From Eledone cirrhosa (Eukaryota), in assembly GCA_964016885.1 (NCBI GenBank), contig OZ024745.1, forward strand, positions 106,392,001-106,456,000: a stretch of DNA of 64,000 nt, written 5' to 3'. Below are positions 57,141-64,000 of the stretch, one piece after another (within the stretch, counting starts at the first letter, position 1; every line of letters begins with the position of its first letter). The notes under the pieces were generated by a model, which saw only the letters and a program-made list of their open reading frames with translations, had not been told where the DNA came from and ran no database searches. Position numbers and translations under genes: made by a program.

Positions 57141-57545
57141 TAAGAGGAATTCCAACTTTGTCTGATTTACTCGTTTTATTTACAATCCTTTAAAATTTAT
57201 AATGGTATTATAATAAAATAGTATGATAGACTATTAAATTCTAAGTGGTAATTGAACAAGTACTTTCATGCTTTCGCAATCTTCAGGTTCATAATATGTG
57301 GTGACAGTCAAGTTTGCAGAAAATTGCAAACTTTACTGTCACCACATATAATGAACCTGAAGATTGCGAAAGCATGAAAGTACTTGTTCAATTAGCACTT
57401 AAAATTTAATATTCTATCATACTATTTCATTATAATGCCATTATAAATTTTAAAGGATTGTAAATAAAACGAGTAAATCAGACAAAGCTGGAATTCCTCT
57501 TATTAATATAATCTTCTATACACAATCATACACACCCGTGTATAT
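57133..57545 (+). mobile_element. Fold-back element, ~186-bp arms, 6-nt loop, with minimal hammerheads (57253-57291 -, 57352-57390 +)
   Basis: TGAAC-CTGAAGA-ttgc(gaaa)gcat-GAAA-GTAC-TT-GTTCA, identical in both arms. Confidence 0.8.
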
Positions 57546-57570
57546 TTATCTATCTATATATATATATATA

Positions 57571-58482
57571 TAATGTAGGAGGTGAGTTTTATTGTAGTAC
57601 AATAAAGCAATGCAGATATCGGATAAGAAGCACTCTACAGTTTGTAGGACTGGAGTATACATAATATATAAGATCAGAAGATGGTTAAAGGAGTTCCATG
57701 TATTTTATTATGCGCATTTTGAAATTGCCATAATACTTATAAACATACACCTTTTTTGACGTTAGAATATTCATCCGCAATTATTTTTTCTCTCTATCTT
57801 CAAACTTTTTAATCTCAATACATATCAACTCCCTCTCTTTCCTCGTACATATTTTTCCCTTCGTTAATTTTCAAATTCTTTTAATTTATACATTATCTTC
57901 CAACGGTTTTCAACCTCTCTATGTAAAACAATATATCTTTTCTCAGTTATAAAAACTATCTCTTTCTCTCTATCACCCATCTCTCCCTCTCCACCTTCAC
58001 TCTCATCTCCTCCCCTTTTTTCATCCTTTCCACCCCCCACCCCTCTCTAAATAAAATATCTTTTCCTCGTACATATTTTTCCCTTCGTTAATTTTCAAAT
58101 TCTTTTAATTTATACATTATCTTCCAACGGTTTTCAACCTCTCTATGTAAAACAATATATCTTCTCTCAGTTATAAAAACTATCTCTTTCTCTCTATCAC
58201 CCATCTCTCCCTCTCCACCTTCACCTCTCATCTCCTCCCCTTTTTTCATCCTTTCCACCCACCCCCTTTCTAAATAAAATATTTTTCCCAATATCACACA
58301 TCAATCTAAAACTACTTTTCATATGTTGATTTAAAACTGCACTATCCACAAGTGTTTTTTAGCCTTCATATCATGTCCTCCTGTTTTATCTGATGAAAAC
58401 ACAAATATTATTGCATGATGATGTTTCTTTTTGAAATGCGCATAATAAAATACATGGAACTCCTTTAACCATCTTTTGATCT

Positions 58483-58492
<10 letters not shown>
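57571..58492. mobile_element. Family B element, long copy with ~224-bp internal tandem duplication and hammerhead at 58384-58450 (+)
   Basis: Tail and arm at 57571-57724 (minus); inverted arm ends at 58492; duplication 57836-58058 / 58059-58282. Confidence 0.8.
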
Positions 58493-58544
<52 letters not shown>

Positions 58545-58634
58545 ACATAAAGGGGTGTGATTTTACACTTTGATTTACAACAGTAATCACTATATACAAA
58601 CATAGATATATGGACGTGAGTCTACATGTGAAAA

Positions 58635-58727
58635 CATATATCTGAGGAGCTTTCGATTCCAGAGTCAGGAACGAACATAATCGTTCGTTCCTCGAGTTGA
58701 ATTGTAGCGAAACATATGTAATATGTG
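58635..58727 (+). ncRNA. Type I hammerhead ribozyme with extended stem II
   Basis: CATATAT-CTGAGGA-gct...aggaacgaac/gttcgttcct...agc-GAAA-CATATG-TA-ATATGTG. Confidence 0.8.
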
Positions 58728-58840
58728 ATTAAATATGTATATGATACAACACAGATTCTTTGTTCCCTAATTATATATATATATATATTAGTTTTGCGAG
58801 GTTTTTATTTATATATATTAGTTTTGCGAGGTTTTTATTA

Positions 58841-58872
<32 letters not shown>

Positions 58873-58920
58873 TGTTTTTAATTTCTATCGCTATGTAATT
58901 CTCTTATTATTCTTTTCTGT

Positions 58921-59104
58921 TGATTGGCAGTATCGGTAGAGGGTGGGACGCCATGCTTTCCAGCATAGTTACGTCCCTTTACGATCTGAGTTCAAATTCC
59001 GCCGAGGTTGACTTTGCCTTTCATCCTTACGGGGTCGATAAAATAAAGTACCAGTAATGCACTGGGTAATTGCTGGCCTTGTGCCTAAAGTAGAAACAAT
59101 TATT
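58921..59104 (+). mobile_element. Meta-like SINE (short-tail form) with TSD attattcttttct
   Basis: Family similarity plus flanking direct repeat. Confidence 0.9.
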
Positions 59105-60187
59105 CTTTTCTCTCTCTCTTTTTTTTTTTATGATATTAAACTATAGCAAGACAATAAATTATCAGCTTAACCTCTTCCATCCACCAAACAGCTGCTTCAT
59201 TTGAAGGACAGTTATCAAATCACTAAATACAAGTCAAATTTGAACTCAGATTGGAACTCCGATGTTCAACCGAATCTACCATCCATCAGCTTTCTAAAGA
59301 TAATAGTGATTTATAACATGTTTAATTCCTCACATGTGAGTCGGGACTACAGTCAAATATATTGAACGCTAGCACTTGTTTGATTGTTTATTTGGGTTTC
59401 ATTTTTTGATTTCTTTTTTACTGACCACATACGGTTATTCTAATTCGAAAAGGACGTGTTGTATTTGAAATGAAATCTTTGAATCTGAAGTTATCTACTG
59501 CCAGGGAAATGTGATGTACCTTGTAACAAAACACACACATACACACACACACATACACACACACACATACACACACACACATGCTGATGGGAGTAGCGTA
59601 GCTAATTGAAATAGCATATCAAGATGAAAAGAAACAATCACTTGACACCAGTAGTTACATATTACATTAATTCATTAATCACGGAATGAGGGAAACAAAG
59701 CGATTTTTGCGGGTTCTGAACTCATAATTTAATAGTTTTTTTTCTATCACTTTTCCTAGCATTTTACAATACTCATATAAATATGGCTGTCATTCTTGAT
59801 ATTTAAAAATAAGGATGTAACAAAAAATATCTACAGCTTTAATGATATCAAAATACAGCAAGACAACTTTTCAGTTTGACCTCTCCCATTCACCAAACAG
59901 CTGCTTCAGTTGAAGGTCAGTGAACAAATCACTAAATAATGATAAGAAAGTTTCACACAAAATTAAAGGTTATACATGTCATTTGCTTTCGTCTTTTTTT
60001 TTATACATTCGTTTATATTTTGTTTTGTTACTAAACATTATTGTTATTATTTTATCCACGCCAGCTTGATTTCTAAAGAATTCCTTTAGTTACAGTGCTT
60101 TCTGTCTTTCCTCTTTGTTTCTTATTTAAATTCATTCTCTCTTTCCTCCCTTCTACCTCCAAAATAAGTGATAAAGCTAATAATGTG

Positions 60188-60481
60188 CGACGGTGTTGGA
60201 GACGGCGTTGGTGACGACGTTGGCGGTGGTATTGGCCGCGGTGTTGGCGGTGGCGTTGGCGGCGGTGTTGGCCGTGGCGTTGGTGACGGCTTTGGCGGTG
60301 GCGTTGGCGGCGGTGTTGGCCGTGGCGTTGGTGACGGCGTTGGTGATGACGCTGGCGGTGGCGTTGGCGGCGGTGTTGGCCTTGGCGTTGGCCTTGGCGT
60401 TGGTGGCGGCGTTGGTGACGGCGTTGGTGACGGCGTTGGTGACGGCGTTGGTGACGGCGTTTGCGACGGCGTTGGTGACGA
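60188..60481. repeat. GC-rich 12-bp minisatellite (GGCGTTGGTGAC-like), ~24 units
   Basis: Direct reading. Confidence 0.92.
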
Positions 60482-60709
60482 TACGACTGTAATATTATTT
60501 TTTTTATTTTTCTACAAGGGCAACGGTTGAGGAGATATCACAAGGCGAATCAAATATTAAAAAAATACAAAGTACAAACAAGTTTTGTTATAACCCAATG
60601 TGCACTGGACTGAACTGCATCAACCTTAATACAGAAACCTTAGTGAGTTCCAGACGATGACTGAGATGGATTCTCCCTCTTTCCGTTGTTTTTTCCATTG
60701 TCCTTATTC

Positions 60710-60748
<39 letters not shown>

Positions 60749-60821
60749 TGTGCACACCTATTTGGAATATATATACAGTATATTTACATATTCAAAATAG
60801 GTGTGCACAGGACAAAGACTT

Positions 60822-62679
<1,858 letters not shown>

Positions 62680-63252
62680 TTTGAATTTGTTTTGCAAGAT
62701 TTCTTATGCGAAAACGTGTGCTGAAACAGATATTGTTGTACTTTGGGTGGGTCATGCTGCCAATAAAAACACTCGCATTTGTTGGTTTTCACTTCAATTT
62801 ATTACAAATGTCCGGTTGGTTGGTTCAATAACTGGATGGTTATCTATTCATTGTTAAAGCACTTTCGTCACATACTCTGTGACCTCCTCAGTGACTCATT
62901 TGTTATTCTATGTCTCTCCTTTGTTGTGACATACACCATCTTGTTATTGTTTTTACGAAAGAGCTCTGACAATAAATAAAATGTTAGTTTCGCTTTATTC
63001 ATTTTTCAAGATTCCTTTATTGCTAACATTGTGACGTCCACGAAAATGTGAAGGTATTTTCAAACTTTATATTTGTAGAAATAAATCACGCTATGTTAGA
63101 CAAGCAGTTTGTTTTATGTTTACATTTGTCAGAGATTTCCTCAGGACATAAATAAATGGCATGGAAAGAAAATATCGTGAATCTCTCATCCACACATAGA
63201 CTCATGCATTCCTTACTAACCATTACATTATAAACCTCAACAACCGTACACG

Positions 63253-63533
63253 TTAAAAGTGCAGACTTGTCAACTCTCTCCGTCGGTCGGGGAGACCTGC
63301 CACCCATTTTGGGGTGTGTGAGAGATGTTTTCTGTTGTAAAAATGGATATAGCACTCATTATGTAAAATCTCCCCATTTTGCCTCATTTCTCCTCGTTTT
63401 GGGCTACTTTTTTCATGGTAATGCCCGTTTGGGTTTTTAGAGATTGGCATGTCTGAAAGTGTGACTCCATTCATTAGAAAATAAGCACGCAGCCTTCTTT
63501 CTTTCGCCAATATGGTAACTGCAAAACTTCTCC
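63253..63533 (-). CDS. Candidate terminal coding exon of an unidentified minus-strand host gene
   Basis: Strong acceptor tttgttcttttttctgtttcag|; 92 open codons (RSFAVTILAKERRLRAYFLMNG...WVAGLPDRRRELTSLHF*); minus-strand AATAAA at ~63016-63021 and ~62994-62999. Confidence 0.45.
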
Positions 63534-64000
63534 CTGAAACAGAAAAAAGAACAAATTCTGATACCGACAAAATATGCTGCAACAAAAGCAATTCAACAAT
63601 AACAACTACGATAGCTCTGGATTTTTTTTACCAGCACACAACACCATATATAGACATAACAAAGAGACAATCTTTAATTTTCATGCTTTGTTTTTTTCTC
63701 TCATGTCAATTTATTAATGTTTCTCAGTTTGAACATTCACATGATTTTTTCCTCACTATGTTTTTATATATTGAATTCGCCTTATTTACACACGCTTCAT
63801 ACATTTTACATCCTATATAGATATATTTGAGCAAAATGTCAATATAGCTTCTTTAATGTATCTGTCGTGTGATTCTGGGGCTATTCCATTTATATTTCTT
63901 TCGATTTTCAAGTGATTTTTTATAACGTACGGACTAGTGCAGAACCGTTGAAATTGAACTGGACGTACACTATAGCATATCGAAGATTCACTTACTGAGG

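Overview
AT-rich, microsatellite-saturated eukaryotic DNA with no intact protein-coding gene. The SINE types, (TA)n density and TTAGGG-type repeat suggest a coleoid cephalopod such as Octopus (inference). Nearly all ORFs in the track are simple-repeat artefacts. Supported content: (1) about 20 tRNA-derived SINEs with a Meta/MESC-like central domain and a few CORE/V-like SINEs; (2) truncated retrotransposons: a Neptune-type Penelope-like element (RT plus GIY-YIG), an R4/Dong-like REL LINE in (TAA)n, an RTE, a CRE-like element and other LINE remnants; (3) a 3.3 kb degenerate interstitial (CCCTAA)n array; (4) a few candidate host exons. The main signal is a set of mutually dissimilar non-coding fold-back elements inserted in (TA)n arrays. 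Many carry type I hammerhead ribozymes (CUGANGA...GAAA) with a self-complementary stem III. Within each family both outer ends are fixed while the internal inversion point varies, and several families share a GAGTRC tail motif. These look like non-autonomous Penelope-derived ribozyme elements. All structures were read by eye and coordinates may be off by a few bases.
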